A stretch of 57,463 bases of DNA. Origin: Octopus bimaculoides. Its lineage: Eukaryota. The position numbers and the translations under genes are program-made. The stretch is from positions 42,538,327 to 42,595,789 of the forward strand of contig NC_069000.1 in the NCBI RefSeq assembly GCF_001194135.2, written 5' to 3'. Of this stretch, positions 1 to 12,752 are shown in pieces; positions within the stretch are counted from its first letter, which is position 1, and each line of letters starts with the position of its first letter. Below the pieces are notes generated by a model that did no database searches, was not told the DNA's origin, and saw nothing but the letters and a program-made list of their open reading frames with translations.

Positions 1-117
1 ACAGTAACATCCACCCCTAGGGGTCAGCCACACTTAAGTGGCAATATACTACACTTTATCGTGCAGTTACTGTTAATACTTCATTTAGAGAATTAACATT
101 GCTTATATATATATATA

Positions 118-480
118 GGCGCAGGAGTGGCTGTGTGGTAAGTAGCTTGCTTACCAACCACATTGTTCCGGGTTCAGTCCCACTGCGTGGCACCTTGGGC
201 AAGTGTCTTCTACTATAGCCTCGGGCCGACCAAAGCCTTGTGAGTGGATTTGGTAGACGGAAACAGAAAGAAGCCCGTCGTATATATGTATATATATGTA
301 TGTGTGTGTTTGTGTGTCTGTGTTTGTCCCCCCAGCATCGCTTGACAACCGATGCTGGTGTGTTTACGATAGAATAAGTACTAGGTTTCCAAAGAATAAG
401 TCCTGGGGTCGATTGTTCTCGACTAAAGGCGGTGCTCTAGCATGGCCGCAGTCAAATCACTGAAACAAAAGAGTAAAAAG
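118..480 (+). mobile_element. tRNA-headed SINE (family recurring at about 17170, 20400-20770, 23150-23510, 48460-48670)
   Basis: A-box-like TGGCTGTGTGG and B-box-like GGTTCAGTCC, followed by a body seen many times in the window. Confidence 0.8.
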
Positions 481-1130
481 AGTAAGAGGAAATATAAATA
501 CATATACATACATATAAATACACACACACACACACACATATCGTCTGTAGAAAAACATAAATCTCTAGAAGAAGCACACTCTAAGATGTAGAGTAGTATA
601 CATTATAACGGGGGGAGGTCAGTTTATGGGGTTACTCTGGGTTTCCTGCCCATAAGGGGTTCGGCCTTATGGCGTATCGTTAAACCCTAAACCCGTTAGC
701 CTAAGACCTCTTCAAAGTATGGAGCGGGGAAATGCCTAGCTAGACAGGTAAGCAATAGTTGATTATCTCCCTGTTTACCTTTCAGTCGAGGCATTTCCCC
801 ATCCATATTTCGAAGAGATCTTAGGCCAACAGGTATGGGGCCTGACGATACGCCGTAAGGTCGAACCCCTTATGGACGGGAAACCCAGAGTAACCCCATA
901 AACTGACCTCCCCCCGTTATAATGTATACTACTCTACATCTTAGAGTGTGCTTCTTCTAGAGATTTATGTTTTTCTACAGACGATATGTGTGTGTGTGTG
1001 TATTTATATGTATGTATATGTATTTATATTTCCTCTTACTCTTTTTACTCTTTTGTTTCAGTGATTTGACTGCGGCCATGCTAGAGCACCGCCTTTAGTC
1101 GAGAACAATCGACCCCAGGACTTATTCTTT
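391..1130. repeat. About 740-bp foldback (long inverted repeat)
   Basis: 391-646 is the reverse complement of 879-1130 except for CA-repeat length. The inner 647-878 is imperfectly self-complementary. Confidence 0.93.
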
Positions 1131-1537
1131 TGTTCTTTTATACTTTTATTTATTTCAGTAATTTGACTGATCTGGTTCCTTACATTTCCCTTTCAAATTT
1201 CGTCGAGATCGACATCTTTTATCTTTCATCCCTTCGGTATTGATAAAATAATTAGTGGATTTTCGGAATAGCTAATCATTACCTGATTGCAAAGGCCCGT
1301 GGTCTAATGGTTGGGGTGTTGCACACAGTCATTCGATCGTGGATTCGATTCTCGGACCGATCAGTGCGTTGTGTCCTCGACTAAAACACTTAATTTCGCT
1401 TAGCTGTAAATGAATAGCCATAAGGCTGACTGGCGTTCCGTTGAGGAGGACTGTTGTGATCTTGGTCGCTTATACGTCAAGGAAACCGGGTAACCGGTCT
1501 TAAGGGTTCCAAGACAAGAAACGGTAATATTCAGGTG

Positions 1538-1702
1538 CAGGGCTGACTCAAGGTACCAGCAACTCGGGCAATCGCCCAGGGCGCCATGTGCTAGGGGGCG
1601 CCAAGGAGGGCGTGACTAAGACAAGGAAATTTCCACGACCGTCCACTTGTAAACGCCGAAGTTCAGCTTGCCTGGGGCGCCAACACCCTTGGGCCGGCCC
1701 TG
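1538..1702. mobile_element. GC-rich hAT-like MITE
   Basis: Imperfect TIRs CAGGGCTGACTCAAGG / CCTTGGGCCGGCCCTG. The 8-bp flanks ttcaggtg / ccgaggtg resemble a decayed TSD. Confidence 0.6.
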
Positions 1703-3463
1703 CCGAGGTGCTGCTGCTGTTAGCATCACCTTATAGGGAAGGAAAAAGCAAGGAATTGGGACACATTTTATAAAAAATATTCTTGTGTTTAAACAGGAAT
1801 GTGATGCAGCACGGAATGAAAATAATTTAACAAATTAAATTTAAATGTTGACGTGAATCTAACGGTTTTTGTGTGTTTTTAAATGGCTTATAAACACCTT
1901 CCACGCTGCAATTGTTTTTTTTTTTTCTGCACACGATCTCAGATCAGGTCCCTGACTATGCAAGTACATCTCCGTAATTCCTGTGTTTCATACAACGGAA
2001 ATTATGCTTCAGTAAGTTTTTTTTTTCTCCTATAATTTCATTTTGCTATAATCTCTTCTCATTCTCAGTTCAATGCCCCTTTCGTTTTCCATAAAGTACT
2101 GAAGCTTAAGTCGTCATTCCGTCAAATAAGGTGTCGTTCAACTTCTGGTTTTGATAACGTTGATTATTTCCTAAAATTTATTCGTTTCTGCTCTAGGCAC
2201 AAGGTCCGAAATTTTGGGGGAGGAGGCCAGTCGATTAGACCAACCTCAGTACGCAACTGGTACTTAATTTATCGACCCCGAAAGAATAAAAGGCAAAGAT
2301 GACCTCGGCGGAAGTTGAACTTAGAACACAAAGACAGACGAAATATCGCTAAGCATTTCGCCCGACGTGCTAACGTTTCTGCCAGCTCACCGTCTTCTTC
2401 ATAAAATTGATTGGCTTTGCACTTAAATCAGAAAACATTATTTACTTATTGATTTAAGGCAGTGAGCTGGTAGAACCGTTAGCACGCCGGACAAAATACC
2501 TAGCAACCTTTTTCTTCTGGCTCTTTACGTTCTGAGTTCAAATGATACCAAGTTCCACTTTGCATTTTATCTTTTCGAAGTTGATAAAAAGTACCATTTG
2601 GGAACTGGGATCGATGTAATCGACCACCTCCATACTCTCTTGATTGAAGGTGATTGAATGAAGAAAAGAAAGAACGCTTTATTTACTGATTGGCGGCTTT
2701 TAAAAATTTCCTTTTCTCTTTTCTGTTTACTTCCGAAAATTACGTTCTTTTTTCTTGAAGGCGAGATGGCCACGGCTGGAACACTTTCGTCTTTATGTCT
2801 CTTTAATCAGGGTCCACCGGTGAAGGGGGGTGGATAAATATTCTGTTTATGCGTGTCACGAATGAACGCATTCGGATAAGCTTTCCATTCTCTCTGCACT
2901 GTTTCAAGCGCTGGATTAACCATTAAACAAAATGTGCTCAGGGCATCAAGTGAAGTGGGGAGGGTACCACAGAAATGTTAGATGGTTTAAGGCACAAAAG
3001 AAATCACTTTAAACTTGTTAAAATATTCGGGTTGCCGTATAGAAACAGATGTGTTACGAAAGATTCAATTCCAGGATCTGATCAAAAACTTTGCAATAAA
3101 AAAAACAACTTTTCAGATATAAACGAAGTGAAAGCATACAAAAATAAACATTATTTTCCATTTTAGTTTTTGAATTACATATATATGGGGACACCAAAAT
3201 CTTTTCAATGCTTAGAGCCTCTATGGGTCTTAATCCTGCCTTTACTGTATCCTAACTCCCTTACCGTTTTTCCTGCAGACATGAATCTACAACAGATTCC
3301 GTCCCAGAAGTACCACAAATGTTCATTCTCTTTTTAGCACAAAATTGGAACTCAATTTTCAAGGGAATTAACTCTATTTTTTTCATTCGGTTGTCTGCCC
3401 TTAGTTCTTACCATAAATTGGATCATTCCATTGATCGAAGATTCGATCCGAACCAAACTTCCA

Positions 3464-3592
3464 ATGACAAACGTTTTCACTCGACAATTTATTCAAGCAT
3501 GTCATTTAAGGTTGGCTTTACGGCACCAATTCTCTCCTCTGTTGTCACGCAGCATCGTTCGTGTATCTTCCCCGCTTCTCGCAAAGAAAATG
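3464..3592 (+). CDS. PCBD: Candidate distal first coding exon of PCBD, encoding a mitochondrial-presequence-like peptide (MTNVFTRQFIQACHLRLALRHQFSPLLSRSIVRVSSPLLAKKM)
   Basis: ATG at 3464, 43 codons in unique CpG-containing sequence, no D/E, 5 R + 2 K. Ends in ATG followed by GTTCGT (phase 0), in frame with exon 27851. The donor is non-optimal and no transcript evidence is available. Confidence 0.6.
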
Positions 3593-4519
3593 GTTCGTAT
3601 TTTCTACAAAATTCCTTGGAATTATTTATTTATCAAATTTAATATACTTACATTTTTTAATCATACGTCTAAGTTTCTGAAAGGATATTAATAATACTAA
3701 TATTTGTTTTTATTCTAATTCACTTCAGTTCCTTTACTTGTGCCATTGTACATGCACTTGCATTAAACCTGTTTGGTCGATTTTTATAAAACGTCCGAGC
3801 GAAAATTATCAACTAAAAACAAACATTTTATACAGCTTATATATATTCATGTTTTCTTACACGTCCTTAATATTAAAAGCATAAATGACAATTTATGACA
3901 AACAGTTTTTGGAACCTTTACGGTAGACTCAACTACAATTTTAAAATTTCACAAATTATTTCCGTGGTTACTTATGGGTCAAAAGCTGATAAATAACACT
4001 AACAGCGGTATTTATTCTAAGAGTCGATTTTTTAAATATTTAACTATAAGTAAATGCTTAAAAAACAAAAGAAGAAAGTAAAAAAACAAACAAACAAACA
4101 GACACAAGAGCCACATCAATCTTCGGATTCTGGCTTTGAAAGTCTTAAATTCAAAACATTAAAAGAAGAATAGAAGAGGGGAAAAAAATCAATATTCTTT
4201 TTATAGGGGGACAGATTGAAGTTTGAAGAATAAGTTACGTAGCAGTCCACTTTTGCTCGTCGATCTAACCGTTGTTATTATTAGGTTTATACTTCCGGCT
4301 TTTTACGCCCCGGGTTCAAATTTCGTCAAGGTCAACGTCGCCTTTCACGCTTTCACTGCTGAGAAAATAAGTCGTTGTAATTATCGAAAGCCCCACCCTT
4401 TAAATTGTTGGCTTTGTGCCAAAATAATAAACACAAGACACACAGAGCTGCGCTCGGTAGTGCAGTAGAAGCACGTGATAATAATAAGACCACTTAATAA
4501 TAATAATAATAATCGTTTC

Positions 4520-4890
4520 TACTAAAGGTACAAGGCCTGAAATTTTGTGGGGAGGGAACTAGTCGATTACATCGACCCTAGAGTTTCACTAGTACATAAG
4601 TTACTGACCCCGAAAGGACGAAAGGAAAAGTCGCCGTAGGCGGAATTTAACTCTGCCAGCTCGCCACCTTAATTATTCTTTTCTGCTCTAGGTACCAGTC
4701 CCGAAACTTTGGCGGCAGAGGCCAGTCGATTACATCGACCCCAGCACGCAACTGCTACTTAATTTATCGACCCCGAAAGGATGAAAGGCAAAGCCGACCT
4801 CGGTGGAAGTTGAACTCAGGACGTAAAGACAGACGAAATACCGCTAAGCATTTCGCCCGGCGTGCTAACGATTCTGCCAGCTCACCGCCT
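4520..4890 (-). mobile_element. SINE-like family B copies (also about 2195-2400, 2455-2630, 47090-47265, 47420-47585)
   Basis: Recurrent body ...GTCGACTTTGCCTTTCATCCTTTCGGGGTCGATAAATTAAGTACCAG... with a tRNA-like head. Confidence 0.75.
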
Positions 4891-5574
4891 TAATTTTTAT
4901 CATCATCATCATCATCATCAGTCTGTTTTTCATGCTGGCATGGGTTGGACGGTTTGACAGAAGCTGACCAGCTGAAAGACTGTTCAGGCTCCGTGTCTGT
5001 TTTGGCATGGCTTCGGGTGCTTTTTATGTGGCACCAGCACTTACGGGCCTGCTAGATTAGGGACGCTCAGCCGGAGTGGGTTGCAGAGGACAGGCCTGAA
5101 TGCAAGAACATCCACACTTTTACTTTATCTTGACATGTCTTGTCTAGCCCAGCACACCACCAGGGATCCTGGTCCCCTATCATCCCTTCTGTGAATCCCA
5201 CCGTCTGTTGATCATTTCTCAACACTTCATCCCACATCTTCCTGGGTTTACCCCTTCCACATGTTCTGTACTGCCCCTCCGTTATGAAAGAAGATCACAA
5301 AATCATCTTTCATCATAATGAGAGGGGCCTTGTGCTATGGGACGGTGTAGTTGCTCTGCTTTATCCGGAGGATCTTCCCTCCCTCCCGCAGCTTTGAGAT
5401 CCTTAGGTAGGCAACCATTGTTGCCCACCTTCCTTCTTTTCCCCTTTTTTCGAGGAGGTCTCCACCTCCTCGACTGCCTCCATCTCTCCCTCCAAAGAAG
5501 GAGGGGGGTACTACTTTTATTAACTGCTCCAGGACCCTACTTTGGTCCTGGGGCATTGACAGGTGCCATCATCA

Positions 5575-5890
5575 ACAACAGATGGTGGTATGCCCTAAAG
5601 AAAGCAATTAACGCAGAATCGGTTAGGTACAGTGAGGCCCTAGCATTAGACCAAGATAGAATTGAGGGAAACCTAGTTAAGAAATTAGAAGAAGCACTTA
5701 GAACTGGCATTGTGTCCAACGTACTGGCTGCAAGGTTGACCCTCGACCAACACTTCAATGCCAAACACAAAGGATACGTTGTCAGAGCTAGGATGCGTAC
5801 TCTGAGGAACGAAGGAGTTGGAGCCGCCCGAGTAGCGGAGGAGCAACGAGGCAACAGAGCCACCATTAGATCACTTACAGATGAACAGGT
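5575..5890 (+). mobile_element. LINE ORF2 fragment (L1/Tx1-like, endonuclease-RT linker)
   Basis: Translation WWYALKKAI...AKHKGYVVRARMRTLRNE...TIRSLTDE resembles the WW..K...KGA.IRSR...E...I..L.D linker. It ends at a T-rich tract. Confidence 0.6.
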
Positions 5891-6047
5891 GCATGAATTA
5901 CTTTCCTTTTTTTTCTTTTTCTTTTTTTTCTCCCTTTTTACTACCGATCCCTTTTGATCAATTTTCTTATTCTTTTTTCTAAAAGAAAAGCTTTACAATT
6001 GTATTTGTCCCCTCTGTGTACAGCCCTGAGTGGCTAATAAAAGAAAG

Positions 6048-6048
6048 T

Positions 6049-6081
<33 letters not shown>

Positions 6082-6104
6082 CTATCTGTCTATCTATCTA
6101 TCTG

Positions 6105-6143
<39 letters not shown>

Positions 6144-6275
6144 GTCTATCTCTATCTGTCTATCTATCTGTCTGTCTCTCTGTCTATCTTTGTCTGTCTG
6201 TCTATCTATCCATCCATCCATCCATGTATCTATCTACCTACCTGCCTGCCTGCCTACTTGTCTGTCTGTCCGTCC
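6048..6275. repeat. Compound (TCTG)/(TCTA) tetranucleotide microsatellite
   Basis: Directly visible. Confidence 0.95.
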
Positions 6276-6393
6276 ATTTAAGAATTTGTGTTGTAAGATT
6301 TCTGAAGTGAAACTGTTAAAGTAGATATTCTTATGTATTGGGATGGTTGTTTTCCTTTCTTTATTTTTTATATTTTGCTTTTGCTAAATAATC

Positions 6394-6435
<42 letters not shown>

Positions 6436-7090
6436 ACTTGCACAAATATACACTATTGATTCTGCTTAATTGCACAGCCTCGTTAGAAATTCTTATGCAG
6501 TGAACTGACATTCACATTGTAGGTGATACAAGAGTTCATGTCATTCTCACTAGTCAGGTATTGTGGCTGTGTCTTGCATGTCTATTGGTTCCTTGTAAGA
6601 CCAGACTGAAAAGTCTTTTTCACTTTGTTTTCTGCACACTTCATTCACCTTTGTTCCACTCAGTCCAAGCTCTTTTTATTTTCATTGATATGTGTTGCCA
6701 TAAAAATATATATGTATATCATCATCATCATTGTCGTCGTTTAACGTCTGCTTTCCATGCTGGCATGGGTTGGATGGTTTAACTGAGGACTGGTGAGCCA
6801 GAAGGCTGCACCAGGATCCAATCTGCTCTGGCAAAGTTTCTACAGCTGGATGCCCTTTCTAACACCAATCACTCCGAGAGTGTAGTGTGCTTTTATGTGC
6901 CACCAGCATGAGGGCCGGTCAGGCAGTTCTGTCTACTATGACCATGCTCAAAAGGTGTTTTCTATGTGCCACCGGCATGAGAGCCAGTCCGGCGGCACTG
7001 ACAATGATCACACTTGAATGTTGTTTTTCACATGCCAACATTCGAGCGTGGTTGTTGCCAGTGCCACCGGACTGGCTCCCGTGCTGGTAG

Positions 7091-7156
<66 letters not shown>

Positions 7157-7299
7157 GTATGTATATATATGGCATATATATACACAAAATGTGGTGAATA
7201 AATTGTCATCTAAATTATGCAAAAATGAAAATAATACTGGCATCTCATTCTAACATATATTTACCAAAATTACATAAAAATATCTTGAAATACTAAAGA

Positions 7300-8210
7300 G
7301 TAAATTTATTCAATAAAATCGCCATTGGCTTCAACCACGGCCTCCAGACAACTTCGGCATCTCCTGCAACTCTTCTGGACAGTCTCCTTGTTAAAGTTGG
7401 TGAATGCTGCCATAATCTTTGCCTTCAGTTTTGTTGGTCTTTCTCACAACTGTGCCCCACACAGTAATCAGGTGGTGGGGTTGCAGTCTGGAGGGTGGCC
7501 AAATGTTAGGGATGATGTGGTCTGATAGTCATGACTGGGTTCTCTTGCTTGTGTGACATGGTGCTAAGTCATATTGCCAGACATAGGGTCTTCCATCAGA
7601 CACCCACTTCACTCAGGGCAGCACCACTTCCTCCAGGCCCTTGAGCCTGAGGTCATGTGGGAAGATGAATGGAGGCATAACGTTGCCATCACTAGTGATC
7701 ACTCCAAACACCATGATATTGACTGGATGTTTGATTTTTATCACTCTCGGTACATGTTTTGGGGACACAGCAAGCCAATGGTTGTTCTGTGTGTTCACCA
7801 GCTGATCCTAGCAGAAATTTTTCTCATCTGAGAAAAACCCAAGCATGTTCAGTTGTAAGGGATGCTTGAGTTTGTTCAAAAGCTTTGTAGCATAGTCTTT
7901 CCTTTTGTCCATGATGGCTTGGGATAAAAATTGGCCCTTTCCCATCTTGTATGAGGAATATTGAATGTCTTCATGCACCACCTACCTGATAATAAACTCA
8001 GACACTCCCATGTTCCTGGTGATGGACCTGATTGACTTGGAGGGATCGTTGGCAATCATGGTCTGGATCTCACCAACAAATTCAGGAATTCTTTTCTTAT
8101 GAGAATGACCAGAGGGAATTTTCTGAGCTGCTGCACTTTGGTAATCACCATTAAATTCATGGAACAGACTAGCATTACAACTGCTGTGGTTCCCAGGGAA
8201 CAGCTGATAA
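7300..8210 (-). pseudogene. Decayed Tc1/mariner-superfamily transposase
   Basis: Minus-strand fragments QNNHWLA...KHPVNIMVFGVITSDGNVMPPFIF, YVWQ.D.APCHTSKRTQ, IWPP..., NKETVQKSC...LEAVVEANGDFIE, with frameshifts and stops. Confidence 0.85.
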
Positions 8211-8586
8211 TATACTGTAATTTAGATAATATACTGTAGAACATATGGTTTGTTTTTCTATGTATGTGTTGGATTATATATTACTTTGTTAATTATTATG
8301 TTTATTAAAAATTGGAAAATCATTAGCAACAGCTGAATACAGGAATTTGTAACGTTCTGTGTGCACATGTGTGTGTGTGTGTGTGTGTGTGTACATGTGT
8401 ATATATATAATCCACATACGAGAATGTGTACATACCAACAGGGCCTCAGCATATGTCCTTTATATACTGAAGAAATCGATGTTTCACATGGATTAAAACC
8501 AAAAGCTTAAGATTATGTCTCTCAAGCTTTGCCTTTGGCTTTCAACTCCTGATGTATATAGATTGCGGTACCATTGTCTCTTGTCT

Positions 8587-8629
<43 letters not shown>

Positions 8630-9635
8630 TCTTTTACTCTTTTACTTGTTTCAGTCATTTGACTGCGGCCATGCTGGAGTACCACTTTTAGTCGAGCAAA
8701 TTGACCCCAGGACTTATTCTTTGTAAGCCTAGTACTTATTCTATCGGGCTCTATTTGCCGAACCGCTAAGTTACGGGGACGTAAACACACCAGCATGCTA
8801 CTGGCACAGGTGCTAGTTATGTGACACCAGCATCAGCCATATTGCGTCCAACTAAACAGGCAAGCTCATACATTTGTGTTCTTGTTTGTGTCTATTTTAT
8901 GCCTTGCAACTTAGCAGTTGAATAAAGAGGGAATGATAAAGTACCAGAGCTTAGATTAAGTGCGAGGGTCAGTATGATCTATGAAATCCTTGAAGGCAAT
9001 GCCCCAGTGTGGCCACTATTCACTGCTCGAAATCAGTGTAAGAGTGAAAGAATATATACATGTCCAGGCATGGTTCCTTCCCAGCCCCATGGTTCTGGTT
9101 TCAGTCCCACTACCTGGTACCTTGGACAAATGTCTTTTATTATAACCTTGGACTGACCAAAACCTTGAGAGTGGATTTGGTAGATGGAAACTGAATGAAG
9201 CTTGTGTGTGCGTGTGCCTGTACCTGCATTTGTCCCCTGCCACAGCTTGACAACAAGTGTAACATCCCTGTTACATAGCAGTTCAGCTAAAGAGACTGAT
9301 AGAATAAGTACCAGGTTTTGAAAAATTAAGTAGTGGGGTTGATTCGTTCAACTGAAATTCTTGAAACCAGAGCCCCAGCATGGCCATACGCCGATGACTA
9401 AATCAAATAAAACAAAGATACACATGTCTATCTATGTATGTTTCTCTGTCTGTTTGTCTGTCTCTCTGTCCCATTTGTCTCTGTCCGTTTGTCGGTCTGT
9501 CCGTCTGTCGGTTTGTCCGTCTGTCGGTTTGTCCGTCTGTTCATTTGTCTGTTTGTCCACCCATCCATCCGTCTGTCTGTCTGTCAGTTTGTCTGCCTCT
9601 CCTTTTGTCTACCTGTCCGTTTGTCTATGTCTACT

Positions 9636-9667
<32 letters not shown>

Positions 9668-9677
9668 NNNNNNNNNN

Positions 9678-9719
<42 letters not shown>

Positions 9720-10129
9720 CTCTGTCTCTCTATATCTCTCCCTCTATCTCTTTCTCTCTCTCTCTGGATACAGATAGAGAGACAGACACACACACACACA
9801 CACACACACACATGCACATTAGGCATCTGATCGATACTCATCACCTCCACCACCTCCTTTCCCTTGTTCTGTGCCTCCTGACACACAATCAGTTTACCAA
9901 TATTCCTTCCATGACTACAATGGTGCCAACCATTATCAAAGCATCAACCATCTCCTTCTGTATTCTACGAACCTAACATTCTGTCTGCGATGATCATCAT
10001 CACCGATCACCAACTGCCAAAGTCTCCCCACCCCACCCCATCTACCTCCCACCCTCACATGGCAACACCCCTTCCACCTGCCCCCCTCCCGCTTTCTGGT
10101 TAATTGTTTTGTCTTTGTGTTATTACAAC

Positions 10130-10221
10130 TGCTATACCTGTTGCTGCTGCAGTTGCCGCTGTTGTTACTGAACCTACTACTACCACCGCTGCCACTACTA
10201 CTAACATCACTACCACCACTG

Positions 10222-10264
<43 letters not shown>

Positions 10265-10466
10265 CGCTACTACTACTGCCACCACCACTACCACCGCTAC
10301 TACTACCACCACTACTATCATCACTAGCACTGCCACCACCACTACTATCACCGCTACCACTGCCACCACTACTACTACTACCACTACTATCGCCGCCACC
10401 ACCTCCANNNNNNNNNNTACTATCACCGCTACCACTGCCACCACCACCACCACCACCACCACCATC

Positions 10467-10506
<40 letters not shown>

Positions 10507-10680
10507 TCATTGCTGCTACCACCGCCTTCGCATTCGATACCACCACTACAACGATGATCATCAAGCTACATACCGTTACAGCCATCACCACCAATACTAC
10601 TACTGCTACTACTCTTTGTACAACTACCATCATTACCGTGCTACACACTGTTACGACCACCAACACCACCACCAATTCTT
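10130..10680. repeat. Degenerate (ACT/ACC)n trinucleotide tract
   Basis: Directly visible. It produces the spurious poly-Thr/Val/Pro ORFs. Confidence 0.92.
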
Positions 10681-10773
10681 CCTCGTTAAGTTATTACGTG
10701 ACTTAGGTAATTGCATGGTCAATCTAGTTCATGCTTTTACATGCTCACTCACACAAATATGTGTGTGTGTGTG

Positions 10774-10838
<65 letters not shown>

Positions 10839-11553
10839 NNNNNNNNNNNNNNNNNNNNNNNNNNNNNNNNNNNNNNNNNNNNNNNNNNNNNNNNNNNNNN
10901 NNNNNNNNNNNNNNNNNNNNNNNNNNNNNNNNNNNNNNNNNNNNNNNNNNNNNNNNNNNNNNNNNNNNNNNNNNNNNNNNNNNNNNNNNNNNNNNNNNNN
11001 NNNNNNNNNNNNNNNNNNNNNNNNNNNNNNNNNNNNNNNNNNNNNNNNNNNNNNNNNNNNNNNNNNNNNNNNNNNNNNNNNNNNNNNNNNNNNNNNNNNN
11101 NNNNNNNNNNNNNNNNNNNNNNNNNNNNNNNNNNNNNNNNNNNNNNNNNATATATATGTATGTGTATATATGAATATGTATGTATACATATACATATATA
11201 TGTATGCATGTATATGAATATGTATGTATATATATATATGTGCGTGTATATATGAATATGTATGTATACATATACATATATATATGTATGTGTATATATG
11301 AATATGTATGTATACATATATATATATATGGATGTGTATGAGTGGTTGGCGTTAGGAAGGGCATCCAGCTGTAGAAACTCTGCCAAATCAGACTGGAGCC
11401 TGGTGTTGCCATCCGGTTTCACCAGTCCTCAGTCAAATCGTCCAACCCATGCTAGCATGGAAAGCGGACGTTAAACGATGATGATGATGATGATGATGAT
11501 GATGTATGTGTATACATATATGCACATGCATATGTGTATATGTATGTAATATA

Positions 11554-11585
<32 letters not shown>

Positions 11586-12619
11586 CATATATATACATAT
11601 GTTCATACAAAAGCATACACACACACACACACACATATTTATAAATATATTTACACATGAGTGTGTGCATATCAATGTCTCTATGCATACTCATTTATAC
11701 ACACGCACACACACACACACACACATATACATTCATATATGTATATACACACATGTACCAATACACATTCTAGCATGTGCATTCATATATATACATACCT
11801 AAGCATATGTATATCCGTCGATGCATCTATCCACGCACACACACACACACACACAGGTGTGTAGTTTTTTTGTCTCCGATCTTGTTATACAAGTATATAC
11901 AGATTTCTGCTTGCAATGACATCACTACTACTGCTATTGCTACTACTACTGTCACAGCCACCTGTTGTACTATTATTACTTGCCAACATCATCACCAGCA
12001 TCTCGCCGACCACCATCATAGTCATCGTCATCATCATCATCATCACCAACATCGTCGCAAACCTTTAAACTACCACCACCACCATCACCACCACTGTCCT
12101 CATCATCACCACCACCACCACCACCACCACCATTGACAGCAGCAGTCGTTTCAGTTTTGTGAGTCGAGGATGCTGGGACGCACAGACTTCATCCATCTCT
12201 GCTGCGCTGCTGTGTTTGACCTGACAAATACCATCATGGATGTTGGTGTGAGTTGGTGGCTTTAATGCTTGTTCTTATTCAAGACGTTGTTCAACGGGTT
12301 GTCGTAGTGGTGGCGATGAGGGTGGGGTTTTTTGTAGTTATGGTTACTGTTTCATGAGTGTTGTAGTACTAGTAGTAGTAGTAGTAGTAGTAGTAAACAT
12401 AGTGTTTGCTTCGTTATTGTTGTTGTGGTTAGTTCTTGCATTGATGTGGTCATAATGTTTGTATTGGCGTGATTGTAGTGTTGTTGTTGTGGTGGTGGTG
12501 GTGGTGGTGGTGGTGGTGGTTGTAGTCGACTTTCTTGCTGTTGTTGTTGTTACTACAGATGTTGTCATTAACACTGCTTGGTTTCTTGCAGTTGCTGTTG
12601 TTGTTATTCCTTTCGGTGG

Positions 12620-12719
12620 GGTAGGGTGTCTATAAAATGAGTACCAGTTGCGTACTGGGGTCAATGTAATCGACTAGTGCTCTCCCCCAAAATTTCAGGC
12701 CTTGTGATCTACAGCAGAA

Positions 12720-12752
<33 letters not shown>

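Noticed and set aside
118-200. tRNA-like sequences at SINE heads (also about 1290-1360, 26625-26700, 34735-34805, 45095-45166)
   Set aside because: A/B-box-like motifs only, with no full cloverleaf. Each continues into a multi-copy SINE body.
8520-8556. Hammerhead-like remnant on the minus strand (GCC-aaa-GGC followed by AAAGCTT)
   Set aside because: Both conserved core boxes are broken, so it cannot be supported.
10100-10706. 200-aa Thr-rich 'mucin-like' ORF (and its poly-Val and poly-Pro frames)
   Set aside because: Pure ACT/ACC microsatellite spanning an N gap. It is open in several frames and has no convincing splice context.
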